A stretch of 64,000 nt of DNA from Candidatus Thalassarchaeaceae archaeon (GTDB lineage Archaea > Thermoplasmatota > Poseidoniia > Poseidoniales > Thalassarchaeaceae). Each line of letters starts with the position of its first letter. The stretch's first letter is position 1. The position numbers and the translations under genes were made by a program. Below, piece after piece: positions 8,412 to 18,655 of the stretch. The stretch is taken from positions 122-64,121 of the forward strand of contig JASMFB010000001.1 in the NCBI GenBank assembly GCA_030751995.1, given 5' to 3'. The notes beneath the pieces were generated by a model. That model was not told the DNA's origin, made no database searches, and was given only the letters and a program-made list of their open reading frames with translations.

Positions 8412-10711
8412 TAGGAACCCCCTAGGCTGGTTTGACTGGTTAGGCTGGCCACTTGAAGATTGAACAGAACCGATTCTCCCCCGGCATGATAGACGACCTC
8501 AGGCATTGTCGGTGATGTTTGCACCCACCCGACGTAATCGGCCAACATATCCAACTGCCCTGGGAATGCCAACCAATCAGACGAGTATTCAACCTCGGCT
8601 GCACTTGCCGCTGCGATTGCAACCGCATATGGCCCATCCCATCCACGGCGTACCTGATGCGCATTCATTGAAACAACCTGTTCACGAACATCTAGTGTTA
8701 GTGTGAGATCTAATTCAGTCGAACCTCCAACAGAATCCATGGTTGGCATGGCCACAGGAACGGTCGCAGCTAGTCGTGGCCCAGGACCCTCTCGGGAAGG
8801 AGGGGGAATCAGAACATCGGCTTTGTATTCTGGGTGATTTGTGCCAACAAAACCCCCTCTGGTGAGGATTTGGAGGTCGGAAACACTGGAATCGAAGGTA
8901 TATGTGAGGCGTGGCAGATGAAGGGCCCATGCCGAACCTAGTGTGACATGGGTCTCATCACCAACAGCACCGCGAATGGAGAGTTGTAAGCCAAAGAAAT
9001 GGGTCCCGTCTTGCCAAGCGTTACGAACGTCACTGGTCTTCCAATGGCCCACTGATGTCCAAGGAAGTTCAATCTGGATCCAACCCGATGCCCGAATTCC
9101 AACGGTTACACAACGTTCCGCACCATCTTCCAGAATCTCCGTTGAACCATTGTCTCCCGTGGATGTATATGTTCGGAGAATGCCAACGCTTGTCTCCAGT
9201 GAAATCGTGCCGATATGTGTACTCTCCAATGTCATCACTGTAGCCGGCTGGCTGTGATTGGTTTGACCATTGGAATTGCTGGTTGTCCACGAAACCGTGG
9301 GCGCTGCTGATTGCATAATAAGTTCGGTCGAACCCAGTGCGGGTGCCTCGGCATCTCCTCCACTGGTTGGGGCTTCAAACTTCCAATTCGAACCAGATAG
9401 TCTACCTGTATCCGTGGCCGGTGTCAACGACAAACTTCCCGGTCGCCAACCCGCCGCATGTGTGGCAGTGTTGCCAACAGTTTGTGTGTCCAATACCCAT
9501 TCTACGTGGATTGGATCTCCTCCTTCTATCCATGATAGTTGGCTTGCATCCCATGGAATTCGAATGTTGGAATAACCACTTATTGCGTAGTACAAACTGT
9601 CAATCTTGGCTGTCGTTGGCATGCTGTTTGGGTTGTGAATCAGTAAGGATCCATCCATTGCAGGTGGCCGGAAATGTAACCCTGTCCAAGAACCAGTGCG
9701 GTCGGGCCACGCAATAGCCCCTGGTCCATTCCCATCGAGTTCCACAGCATCCCCCCAATGGAGAACTAAGCGTGCGTTGCTGGATGTTCGAACGACCAAT
9801 TGCTCTGCCTGTGAAACCGTAATTTCTCCTTGCCATGTATGGATGGTGTCGCTTTCATCTGAAGGAGATTGTGTGACGGACACCGACGAAGATGCCCCCG
9901 TTCCTTCGATTTCCCCTACTTCCCATTCAAGTGTAAATGGGGAATTAGATTCAACGTGAATAGAATGGGTGTTTGCAATTAGGGGAATGGTCCAACTCCT
10001 TCCTTCATTTGAACTCGGTGTTGGTTGATCGGGTGTGGCGAGGAAAGCGCCACCCGTTCCTCTCCACATTACAACTCGTAGCGGCATTTCACTGTGAATC
10101 CACCCCTCTCCATCAGTGGCACTGAGGCCGGATCGTGTCCACACCTCATCCGTGGTAATGATTTGTTGAATGTTGTCTCCGTCATGTTCAAAACTCAGTT
10201 CGTTCGCACCGAGCAAGGTGGTCAACCCATTTAGTGGCGTGGCTGAAATGGTCCCATCAAGGATGGGGACCCGGTAATGATTCAACGATTCTGCTGAAGC
10301 ATGTAGATTTGTGGCACATACACTTTCGATGCGATGTTCTGCGTGCCTTATTCTCATCGAATCGTCGAGGTCGAGCACACCCTCCAGCCGCAATGTACTG
10401 TCGGGTTGATGTGTGGCACTGTACCAAGTTCCACCTTCCAATAGTTGCCACCCCAATGTACCAGTATGGGGCCTAATGGCCATCCTAGCTGCATCCCCAG
10501 AGGTGCCCGATTCACTCAACCGTTCGGTCTCAGATGCTAGATCTTCCATCTGACCCACCATATTTTCCCGCTCTACAGCACCGTGCAATTCGTCGATAAC
10601 GGGCATCACAGTCACCATCATGCCAGAGATGATTGAAATCACTCCAGCGAAGAGCAACACGGTCGCAATCGCTGCAGAAACCGCCTCCTCATCACGTTCG
10701 CGTCGCATCAT
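8411..10711 (-). CDS. Large pilin-like / adhesin-like protein with class III signal peptide-like N-terminus, 766 aa
   Basis: MRRERDEEA/VSAAIATVLLFAGVISIISGMMV, then a beta-rich body with no C-terminal anchor. It overlaps its neighbours by 1 and 4 bp. Confidence 0.7.
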   Translation of the reverse strand: MMRRERDEEAVSAAIATVLLFAGVISIISGMMVTVMPVIDELHGAVERENMVGQMEDLASETERLSESGTSGDAARMAIRPHTGTLGWQLLEGGTWYSATHQPDSTLRLEGVLDLDDSMRIRHAEHRIESVCATNLHASAESLNHYRVPILDGTISATPLNGLTTLLGANELSFEHDGDNIQQIITTDEVWTRSGLSATDGEGWIHSEMPLRVVMWRGTGGAFLATPDQPTPSSNEGRSWTIPLIANTHSIHVESNSPFTLEWEVGEIEGTGASSSVSVTQSPSDESDTIHTWQGEITVSQAEQLVVRTSSNARLVLHWGDAVELDGNGPGAIAWPDRTGSWTGLHFRPPAMDGSLLIHNPNSMPTTAKIDSLYYAISGYSNIRIPWDASQLSWIEGGDPIHVEWVLDTQTVGNTATHAAGWRPGSLSLTPATDTGRLSGSNWKFEAPTSGGDAEAPALGSTELIMQSAAPTVSWTTSNSNGQTNHSQPATVMTLESTHIGTISLETSVGILRTYTSTGDNGSTEILEDGAERCVTVGIRASGWIQIELPWTSVGHWKTSDVRNAWQDGTHFFGLQLSIRGAVGDETHVTLGSAWALHLPRLTYTFDSSVSDLQILTRGGFVGTNHPEYKADVLIPPPSREGPGPRLAATVPVAMPTMDSVGGSTELDLTLTLDVREQVVSMNAHQVRRGWDGPYAVAIAAASAAEVEYSSDWLAFPGQLDMLADYVGWVQTSPTMPEVVYHAGGESVLFNLQVASLTSQTSLGGS

Positions 10712-11742
10712 TGTACCACAACCTGTTGAAGCACAACGTCCAGATGGAAATCACTAGTTGTTGGATGGAGAGTCAATCCATCAACCCCTGAGAGCCTACC
10801 ATCGGGTCCAAAGCCGACATATTCACTGGAATCTCCTGTTGCACGATGGAGGTCGTAAGAATCTGTCCACTCACGCAGGTATCTCGACTCTGGATTGTCT
10901 AATCCAGTAAACTCAGGTAATAGTTTCAGATTCCGGGCCTGATCATTGAAGAAGGCAATAACGCCCCGACTTTCCAAATCCAACGCCACATCGGCATTGC
11001 GCTCCATTCCCTCTATGTCGACATCAATTAGCACGAGGCTGACCCGAAGGCCTCCATCCAATGTTTGATCATGATGAAGTCGAGGATAACTGCGAACATC
11101 GATTGGTTGATTCGGAAGTTGCTCAATCCGTGCCCCGTTAATCAGATTGATTGCAAAAGTACCTTCTGTGAGAGGGGTGCGAATCTGGACACCATCCAAC
11201 GGAGTTTGAATCCAACGATGGATGGTTTGATTCATGTCATTCAGAACATCAACTATAATCCACTCTTGCATACTCAAATTCGTCGTGAGTTCCCCTTGTC
11301 CCTCACTCAGGCTCCATTGTTCTGAGCCGCCACTGGTCTGGATGACCACCGATGAAGCCGTATCATTCAATGAAGTCACATGTATGATACCATTGATGAG
11401 GGAAACCGAAACTCGATCATGACCGACAAGATCGGCACTGATTTGCCAAATCTCTGCATTTCGAAGCGGCTCTATTGTTTCAGAGATGTGTTGACTATTC
11501 ACTACAATACCCGTCCCTGCCGGTGATTCTGCGACCACCAACAGACGATCATTGAATTGCGTTGCAGCAACACTTCCCGCTGCCCAATCTCGATTGTCCG
11601 TCAAATCTTCCATAAAGGGTTGCATGACGACAATTACTCCTGCCATTGTCGAGATGACCATGGCCAACAACATCGTCACCCCCATGATTTCGGAAACCGC
11701 CCGCTCATCCGCTGATTGCCAGGTGGCGGCGGGGGGGCGCAT
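10708..11742 (-). CDS. Archaeal pilin/archaellin N-terminal domain protein, 344 aa
   Basis: DERA/VSEIMGVTMLLAMVISTMAGVIVV closely fits the archaeal pilin consensus (R/K-G/A, then V-S-x-(V/I)-(I/M)-G). Confidence 0.8.
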   Translation of the reverse strand: MRPPAATWQSADERAVSEIMGVTMLLAMVISTMAGVIVVMQPFMEDLTDNRDWAAGSVAATQFNDRLLVVAESPAGTGIVVNSQHISETIEPLRNAEIWQISADLVGHDRVSVSLINGIIHVTSLNDTASSVVIQTSGGSEQWSLSEGQGELTTNLSMQEWIIVDVLNDMNQTIHRWIQTPLDGVQIRTPLTEGTFAINLINGARIEQLPNQPIDVRSYPRLHHDQTLDGGLRVSLVLIDVDIEGMERNADVALDLESRGVIAFFNDQARNLKLLPEFTGLDNPESRYLREWTDSYDLHRATGDSSEYVGFGPDGRLSGVDGLTLHPTTSDFHLDVVLQQVVVQ

Positions 11743-11805
11743 GGGCTGAGATACCGCCGTATGTTCTTAGCCATTCTCATTTCACCTCATACTGAGGTGA
11801 AGATT

Positions 11806-12606
11806 TCAAGGCGATAGAATCTCTGCTTCTGCCTGTCCGAGCCAGTGGCTAAATTCTGGACCATTTTGTGTTGAGATTCGCAAATCTCCTGACCAATTTT
11901 CATTCTGAAACAACACCTCGCTTTCGGCGAGATGGGGGGCATTATTTTTCTCAGATAGATGACACAGAACAACACTCTTTGTTCTCGAGCCCAATATTTC
12001 TGCCAACATGTCTGCAGTCTGTCTATTAGAAAGGTGCCCACCCCGTCCCGATATTCGTGCTTTGAGTTGTGCTGGATACGGGCCTAGGGCCAACCGTTTT
12101 GCGTCATAATTTGCCTCAATTGAGATGTGTGTGCAACCCTTGAGATGTTGAATCAACTCATCTGTTGGTTCACCTAAATCCGTCACTACAGCCGCTCGAC
12201 CGTTTGAGGCTGAATTGATTATGAATCCGACGTTGTCTGCACTATCGTGTGGAATTGGCACTGGCAGCACCGACAAATCTGCCCCTACCTGCACACGTTC
12301 AAGAGCCTCAAAGATGCGACATTGATTGATTGGATCCAATCCAAGTTTCGCACAAGTCGTGAAGTTGGCGAACAATTGTGCACCATGTCGTTTTTGGAAA
12401 ATTCGAGCCCCTTGTACATGGTCCGAGTGGTGGTGACTGAGAAGGATAGCATCAACCGACTTTGGATCCACCCCAATTAGTGCCAAACGACGCTCCATCT
12501 GGCGCCCGCTAAACCCGCAATCGATGAGTACTTTCGACTCCTCTGTTTGCAACAGCGTCGCGTTCCCGCGGCTGCCCGAACCAAGGTGTGTAATCTCTAG
12601 TGCCAT
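11806..12606 (-). CDS. Metallo-beta-lactamase-fold hydrolase, YycJ/WalJ-like (probable nuclease)
   Basis: LGSGSRGNA, LIDCG, SHHHSDH, PHD, TDLG, IEANYD, GHLSN and HLSEKNN motifs. Confidence 0.9.
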   Translation of the reverse strand: MALEITHLGSGSRGNATLLQTEESKVLIDCGFSGRQMERRLALIGVDPKSVDAILLSHHHSDHVQGARIFQKRHGAQLFANFTTCAKLGLDPINQCRIFEALERVQVGADLSVLPVPIPHDSADNVGFIINSASNGRAAVVTDLGEPTDELIQHLKGCTHISIEANYDAKRLALGPYPAQLKARISGRGGHLSNRQTADMLAEILGSRTKSVVLCHLSEKNNAPHLAESEVLFQNENWSGDLRISTQNGPEFSHWLGQAEAEILSP

Positions 12607-12855
12607 CCCAACCCTAGAGACGGCCGGCCGTACACCCCTTGAATGAAGCGCTTCACGAATGAATCAGAAGACCATTTTAGAACCCGTTGAAAAATGCCGA
12701 AGGGTAATTTTTTTCATTCAGATATTATCTATTTCATTGACAAATATCCAATGTTTTCGACAGAAATCTATGACATTTCGTCCGAACGACGCTCCATCAG
12801 CATCATAAGCGTGAGAGCGGGGATGCGTCTGTGGGTGTAACCCACAGGTGAGTCC

Positions 12856-15800
12856 ATGCGTCGAAAGCAAACCGCGCTCTTGATTACGCTCCTTATTCTT
12901 GGTTCGATGATTTTCGTCAGCCAAATTCGCCCCAGTAGCCCGGTTCAATCGGTTCATCCAGGGGACACTACAGGCGAAGGTCCCCCAATTACAGACCGAG
13001 ATAAGGATGGAATGCCGGATCTCCACGAGGAAGCTTTCAGCGAATCCGTGTTTCTGGATTTAGGTGACCGTTCTCGAACGATTCCCGGTTTAGATCCAGA
13101 TAACGGAACGGACAATCAGAGCGACCACGATTATGACGGCCTGACCGCGTTGATGGAATATTGTTGGCCTTACAGTTTGGATTCCTGCTTCACTAACAAT
13201 CGAACCGGTCTTCCTGGAAAGCCCGCTGAAATTTCTGAGACCGGTTTGCGCTGGTATCTGGACCCGCGATCTGGTGATACCGATGGAGATGGTTTGCCCG
13301 ATGGATTTGAAGTGGCAATGTGTATGACAAAAACCGGATATGAGAACGCTTCACATGTCTGGAATTGCATGGCTTTCGACCCCCTGAACAGTAGTGATGG
13401 TCTGATTGACAGTGACAGATGCCGTGATCTAACATTTGGCTGTGGCGATGGCTTCGATGTGGACCGAGATGGCACGATTGAACCACACGAGTACTATACG
13501 AATGCAGAGGAATATATGTACGGTGCACCTGAAAATTGGGTCACTGAATTCGACGGTCTTCGGTGTTCGGGCGGCCCAGATGACATGCCACCCCTAGTCG
13601 ACCCCTGCCGAACAGAAGAGACACGCCCAACAGGAGAATCCGGTTGGCTTGGCACAGATCCTCTTGACAATGATACCGACTACTATCGTTGGGTCGGCAA
13701 TCCGGGCCAAGCACTGGGCCAGACGCAGAAAGGCGATGGCATAGTTGATGGGTGGGAGATCTATTTCCAACTAGACCCTCTCAACAGCAGTGACGCACTG
13801 ATTGACAGTGATTCAGATGGTTGGGACTTCAATCGAGATGGCGCTATCTCCCCTGACACTTCAAGTTCGACGCTGGATCTTGGCGAGGTATTCAGTAATC
13901 TGGAGGAGTACACCGTCTACCGTGATGATGGCAATTGGGTCACGGCAGGCGTCAAACAAACCTCTCTCGGCATTGCCGATCAAACAGTGACCACATTTGA
14001 CCAAGGCACAACACCGAGATTATTGCATCACAATGCACATTCCATTTTCTCCGATGATGTCCACGGACTAATCTATGTTGGAACCATGCGCGGCATCACT
14101 GTCATGGACCCTTCAATGAACTCTTCCAATCACTTTGAATTGCCTTCAGGGACCAATCTCCTCGACCTGTATATGTGGCCTGAAGGCGGAGATGATGGCG
14201 TTCTTCTTCTGTCTACGACTTCAGGTCTCATGACTCTCGTCCTCGACACCGACGGCCAAATCTCATCCGTGGTAGATGATATTGATACTGAAGCCATGAA
14301 TCTGATGGTCCCCATTCAGACTGGTAGCGGTGGTCAAGCCCTCATCCTCGGCTTTGGTGCAGACCAGGACGTCTGGCGTTTCAGCCTCGATTCACAAGGT
14401 CTAATCGGTTCACCTACTGCAGTCAACCAACTCACTGCCGCCCTTCAACAACAAGAGAATACAACTGTAGAGGCTGCAGTTCATGTTGTTCTTCCTAGCG
14501 AGGGACCCCGTCTCTTCGTGGGTACTGATCACGGCTTGCTAATGGCCAACAGTTCTGATTTCGCTGGCGGCTTCGAGTCGACTTGGATATTTGATATCAG
14601 CAATGCCGAGGATTTCGTGATTCCAGCAGACGCTATCGATTCAGCCTTGGCAGCCCGCGTACAGGCTCTATTTGTCGATGGTCCTCGTGATGCCAACGGA
14701 GATATCACCAGTCCACAGACACTCTGGGTTGGGACCCGGGGTGGCGTTCATCAATTCGATTTGATTGTTGGTCCAACCACTCCCCTCGGTGCATTTTCAT
14801 ATGATCGTATGATTAACGATGAAGAATTCACGGCCAATGACATCCATTCTATATTGCCATTAGGTGACGAGGTTATTATCGGGTCCCAGTGGGGCTCTTG
14901 GGCCCTTGATGCAGACCACACTCGTTCTTCTGGAGTGGAGCCAGACCACACTCGAATTCCCGGGCGCATTGTCGATATGACAGTGTTGGATATCGATGGC
15001 CAACCCTTCTTGTTCGCAGCGTTAGATCCAGGCGCCTACGCCAACATGGTACTCATCGATCCATTGTCGAATGATTCCGATGCGGATGGGATGCCAGATG
15101 GATGGGAATTCATCCATGGATTGGACCCCACAAATCCCTTTGATCGCGACGATGATTCTGATGCTGATGGCGTCAATTTCAATCCGGACGAAGATGAATA
15201 TTTTGACCGAAGTTGGTCTAATCTCGACGAGTTCCGCTATGTTGCGACTTCTGAGCAGGGATGGAACAGCACCAACCCCCAATTGTCTGACACGGATGGA
15301 GACGGCTTGTTCGATGGAGAGGAATATTGGGGCTTCTTCCTTGAAAGGACAAATTTCACCTGCCATTACCTCAATGGTGACTATCTGTGCGACGAATCAA
15401 CAGGCCAAGCAGCCCGTACAACCTATGTCACCGGTTGGTCTGACTCTGGCGCTGGTGGAGGTACAGACCGCAGCATCGATCCAACAAATATCGATACAGA
15501 CCAAGATGGAATGCCAGATGGATGGGAAATTCAGTATCGCCGTTGGATTGGACAAACCTTCCATGGTGGAAACGATTGGTCTCTAGATCCCAATGACCCC
15601 ACGGATGCGTTTGATGATGCAGATGGTGATGGCCTGACGAACATTTGCGAATATCAATGGCAACAAATTCGTCTATTCGTCCTCGAACAAGGCCTGAACA
15701 CACACAATGAAACTGCAGAAGGGGCTGCTAGCTGGGTTGACACAGACCCCAACCTTGCAGATTCTGATGGCGATGGACTCCCGGATGGCTGGGAAGCCCG

Positions 15801-18561
15801 ATACACCTGTTCTTGGTCCTCTGCTCAGGAGGGTTTGAACCCACTGAATGGTTCCGATGCAGGAAACAATCCTGATGGCGATGGATATGATGTGAATCAT
15901 GATGGAATCTTACAACCCGATGAGATGTTGACCAATTGGATGGAGTACTACATTTCATCCGTAATCATGCTAGGGGACGTCGACCAAGATGGCAACACAT
16001 TGCCGATAACCACCTCACTGTTCAATGCTTCATGGAACGGCTCGGCTACTGAGCCGTTCGGATTCTATGCGACTGACGAAGTCATCAACGACCAACCGCT
16101 TGCGCCTCAATCTGACCAAGGCACTAGTGACCCATTGAATCGCGACACCGATCAAGATGGCATGCCCGATGGTTGGGAGGTATTCTTCGCTCGCTGGGAT
16201 GTTTACAATGATGGATGGACTCTGAATCCAGTCATGGAATTGGATTCCCTTGGCGACCCTGATGGAGATGGGATGACCAATTGGGAAGAATACAATTCAA
16301 TCGATTCAAATTACACAGAGACAAATCCGGATCAATCCAGCCCCCAGTACTACGTTTTCGGTGTGGCTGGTATTGCCTCAATTCAAGTTTGGAATGAAGC
16401 CGGTTCGATGACACCATTTGGTGCATTCGTTACTCCAGAACAGATTGCCATTGGCGGGCGCACGTGCGATCCAAACAACCCAGACACAGATGGCGACGGT
16501 ATGTATGACGGAATCGAACTACTCTTCACGCAGTGGAATCAGAGTGACATGGTCTGGACCCTGAACCCGATGGTTGCTGGCGATGGCCATTATGATGCAG
16601 ATCATGATGCTCTGACCGATTTACAAGAATTGAATCTGACCGTACAGAATCCAGTCAATGGTGGTTTGTCGCCACCCGATGCTCCACGGATGTGGGAAGA
16701 AGCCATTTCACAGAATGAGAACGCATTCTTGCAACGAATCAATTCGATGCTGTTCGCTAAGGGCAACAGAGCTATGATTGCAGCAGAACAATATCTAGAT
16801 TGGCGAAGCAGCCCAGAAGTACCCCCTCCCCCCCTTCTTTCGACAATCATTGGAATTACTGATCCAACCAACAATGATTCAGACAATGATCAGATGATTG
16901 ATGGCTATGAGTACTGGTTCACAGAATGGGATTTGGATGGTAACCAATGGGAGATGAACCCCCTCACATCAGCGGACGTTGATTTCGATTCTGACAATGA
17001 TTCGTGGGACTGCAACGGTGACGGGGAGATCGATGACAACGAATCCTACGACAATCTTGCTGAATATCAGGCTCGAATCTATGGCAAGTTTGACCAACGA
17101 TTCACGGTACCACCTGAGTTCGGTCTAGTCAGTTATGGGCGCGACATGATGAACGCCCATCAAGAAGAGACTGGGATGACTGAATTCCAAGCCCGCGGTC
17201 TTCTGTATGACAACTTCGTCGCAAAGGATGTGATGAGTAGTGAGCGAATGCTGCGCATCAATGAAGCATATTCGGACAATTGGAATCTGAGTCTATGGGG
17301 CATCTCAGATCCTACTCACGCTGACTCTGACGGCGATACGATGCCAGACGGTTGGGAATTCTGCTATTCCCAATACGTCGAGACTCTTCCGATGAACAGT
17401 TGGCGTTGGAGTTTGAATCCAGTAAACCCACTAGATGTCGATTATGATCCTGATGCGGACGGGTGGTTCGATCGTAATTCGGGAGATATCCCAGCCGAGC
17501 AAGGTATGTGGGACTCGCGAACATTCACTCCCTACGATTCGAGTCAACAGATTTCCCCTGGAAACAGCCCTCTATTCTTTACCAATATCCAAGAGTGGGA
17601 ATTGGGGACTATCCCAATCTCTAATGACACCGATGGAGATGCCATTCAGAAGGTTCGAGAACACTCGAATGGAGTGACGACGGCCTACGATTATTCGTGG
17701 GCACTCAGCGATGGTCGTGAGGTGTACAAGTTTGGTACTAACCCCATTGACGACGATACGGATGGAGATATGCTTCCAGACTGGTGGGAGCATGATACGG
17801 GGTGGAACGAATCCAATGATAATTGGTCCTCATTCCTACACATCAAGGTCGTGTGGGAGGATTTCGGTACGACCAAGAAACCTCTGAACGTCACCGGGAT
17901 GAATCTGGCACGCCCCAACATGGAATGGACGTGGGCCACCTTCGACCCTCGTGATCCCACAGATTCCACCGCAGATCCGGACAATGATGGTGGTTGGGAT
18001 TGCTCGGGGCCAACCTGTATTTACATCCCGTACAACAACTTCCAGGAATTTTATGGAAATACAACCTTGGCAAGTGCCACTCAGGTTCGGGGGTCACCGT
18101 TATTGTACCAAGGTGAACAAATTATGGAATGGTGGCAATTGCGCGGTTATCTGTTGCAAACTGGCACGCCCAACGATATCTATGCCAATTATTTCCGCAT
18201 GTATAGAATCAATACAACAGATGACTTGTATGCTCACGTTCTCTACGACAACGATGTCGATTACATGATTCTTGACCCAATCGATGATGTCTCCATCTGC
18301 AGGGGTGATTGGACTGACGATTGGGAGCGACGTTGGGGTGCCTTTGACCGATTCCCTAACATCGGCCAAGGTGAGTATGTGTGGGGCTGGTGGAACCTCG
18401 ACATCGATGGTGACAACATCGCTGATGGTACAGATCCAATCAACTACGATACTGATGGTGATTGGCTGAATGATTGGTTCGAGATTGACGACGATATGGT
18501 TGATGGGGTACGTGGTAATGGCGGCTCCCCTATCCGATATGACGATCGCACAACCACATGA
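12856..18561 (+). CDS. Giant (1901 aa) secreted acidic protein with many DxDxDG(M/L)PDGWE calcium-binding-type repeats and a central beta-propeller-like region
   Basis: Signal peptide or anchor (ALLITLLILGSMIFV). About 14 DP..D.D.DG[ML].DG[WFY]E units. The insert has IYVGT, LFVGTDHGL and LWVGTRGG blades. No C-terminal TM helix. Confidence 0.8.
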   Translation: MRRKQTALLITLLILGSMIFVSQIRPSSPVQSVHPGDTTGEGPPITDRDKDGMPDLHEEAFSESVFLDLGDRSRTIPGLDPDNGTDNQSDHDYDGLTALMEYCWPYSLDSCFTNNRTGLPGKPAEISETGLRWYLDPRSGDTDGDGLPDGFEVAMCMTKTGYENASHVWNCMAFDPLNSSDGLIDSDRCRDLTFGCGDGFDVDRDGTIEPHEYYTNAEEYMYGAPENWVTEFDGLRCSGGPDDMPPLVDPCRTEETRPTGESGWLGTDPLDNDTDYYRWVGNPGQALGQTQKGDGIVDGWEIYFQLDPLNSSDALIDSDSDGWDFNRDGAISPDTSSSTLDLGEVFSNLEEYTVYRDDGNWVTAGVKQTSLGIADQTVTTFDQGTTPRLLHHNAHSIFSDDVHGLIYVGTMRGITVMDPSMNSSNHFELPSGTNLLDLYMWPEGGDDGVLLLSTTSGLMTLVLDTDGQISSVVDDIDTEAMNLMVPIQTGSGGQALILGFGADQDVWRFSLDSQGLIGSPTAVNQLTAALQQQENTTVEAAVHVVLPSEGPRLFVGTDHGLLMANSSDFAGGFESTWIFDISNAEDFVIPADAIDSALAARVQALFVDGPRDANGDITSPQTLWVGTRGGVHQFDLIVGPTTPLGAFSYDRMINDEEFTANDIHSILPLGDEVIIGSQWGSWALDADHTRSSGVEPDHTRIPGRIVDMTVLDIDGQPFLFAALDPGAYANMVLIDPLSNDSDADGMPDGWEFIHGLDPTNPFDRDDDSDADGVNFNPDEDEYFDRSWSNLDEFRYVATSEQGWNSTNPQLSDTDGDGLFDGEEYWGFFLERTNFTCHYLNGDYLCDESTGQAARTTYVTGWSDSGAGGGTDRSIDPTNIDTDQDGMPDGWEIQYRRWIGQTFHGGNDWSLDPNDPTDAFDDADGDGLTNICEYQWQQIRLFVLEQGLNTHNETAEGAASWVDTDPNLADSDGDGLPDGWEARYTCSWSSAQEGLNPLNGSDAGNNPDGDGYDVNHDGILQPDEMLTNWMEYYISSVIMLGDVDQDGNTLPITTSLFNASWNGSATEPFGFYATDEVINDQPLAPQSDQGTSDPLNRDTDQDGMPDGWEVFFARWDVYNDGWTLNPVMELDSLGDPDGDGMTNWEEYNSIDSNYTETNPDQSSPQYYVFGVAGIASIQVWNEAGSMTPFGAFVTPEQIAIGGRTCDPNNPDTDGDGMYDGIELLFTQWNQSDMVWTLNPMVAGDGHYDADHDALTDLQELNLTVQNPVNGGLSPPDAPRMWEEAISQNENAFLQRINSMLFAKGNRAMIAAEQYLDWRSSPEVPPPPLLSTIIGITDPTNNDSDNDQMIDGYEYWFTEWDLDGNQWEMNPLTSADVDFDSDNDSWDCNGDGEIDDNESYDNLAEYQARIYGKFDQRFTVPPEFGLVSYGRDMMNAHQEETGMTEFQARGLLYDNFVAKDVMSSERMLRINEAYSDNWNLSLWGISDPTHADSDGDTMPDGWEFCYSQYVETLPMNSWRWSLNPVNPLDVDYDPDADGWFDRNSGDIPAEQGMWDSRTFTPYDSSQQISPGNSPLFFTNIQEWELGTIPISNDTDGDAIQKVREHSNGVTTAYDYSWALSDGREVYKFGTNPIDDDTDGDMLPDWWEHDTGWNESNDNWSSFLHIKVVWEDFGTTKKPLNVTGMNLARPNMEWTWATFDPRDPTDSTADPDNDGGWDCSGPTCIYIPYNNFQEFYGNTTLASATQVRGSPLLYQGEQIMEWWQLRGYLLQTGTPNDIYANYFRMYRINTTDDLYAHVLYDNDVDYMILDPIDDVSICRGDWTDDWERRWGAFDRFPNIGQGEYVWGWWNLDIDGDNIADGTDPINYDTDGDWLNDWFEIDDDMVDGVRGNGGSPIRYDDRTTT

Positions 18562-18567
18562 TTTCAA

Positions 18568-18606
18568 CCCCGGGTCACGGCCCCTAAAGGGGCCTGACCC
18601 GTGGGG
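18568..18606. terminator. GC-rich stem-loop between the two giant genes (terminator, stabiliser or promoter-proximal element)
   Basis: cccc-gggtca-c-ggcccc-TAAA-ggggcc-tgaccc-gt-gggg. It starts 7 nt after the stop and precedes tttgatag at 18612. Confidence 0.5.
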
Positions 18607-18655
18607 AAGAGTTTGATAGGTTAGACCAAGCGTCGATTCTTTGCGGGGCGGGATT

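Noticed and set aside
12856-18561. CRISPR-like or DNA-level repeat array (recurring gatgg...ccagatggatggga)
   Set aside because: The repeats are irregularly spaced, in frame and vary at synonymous sites, so they are protein-level repeats.
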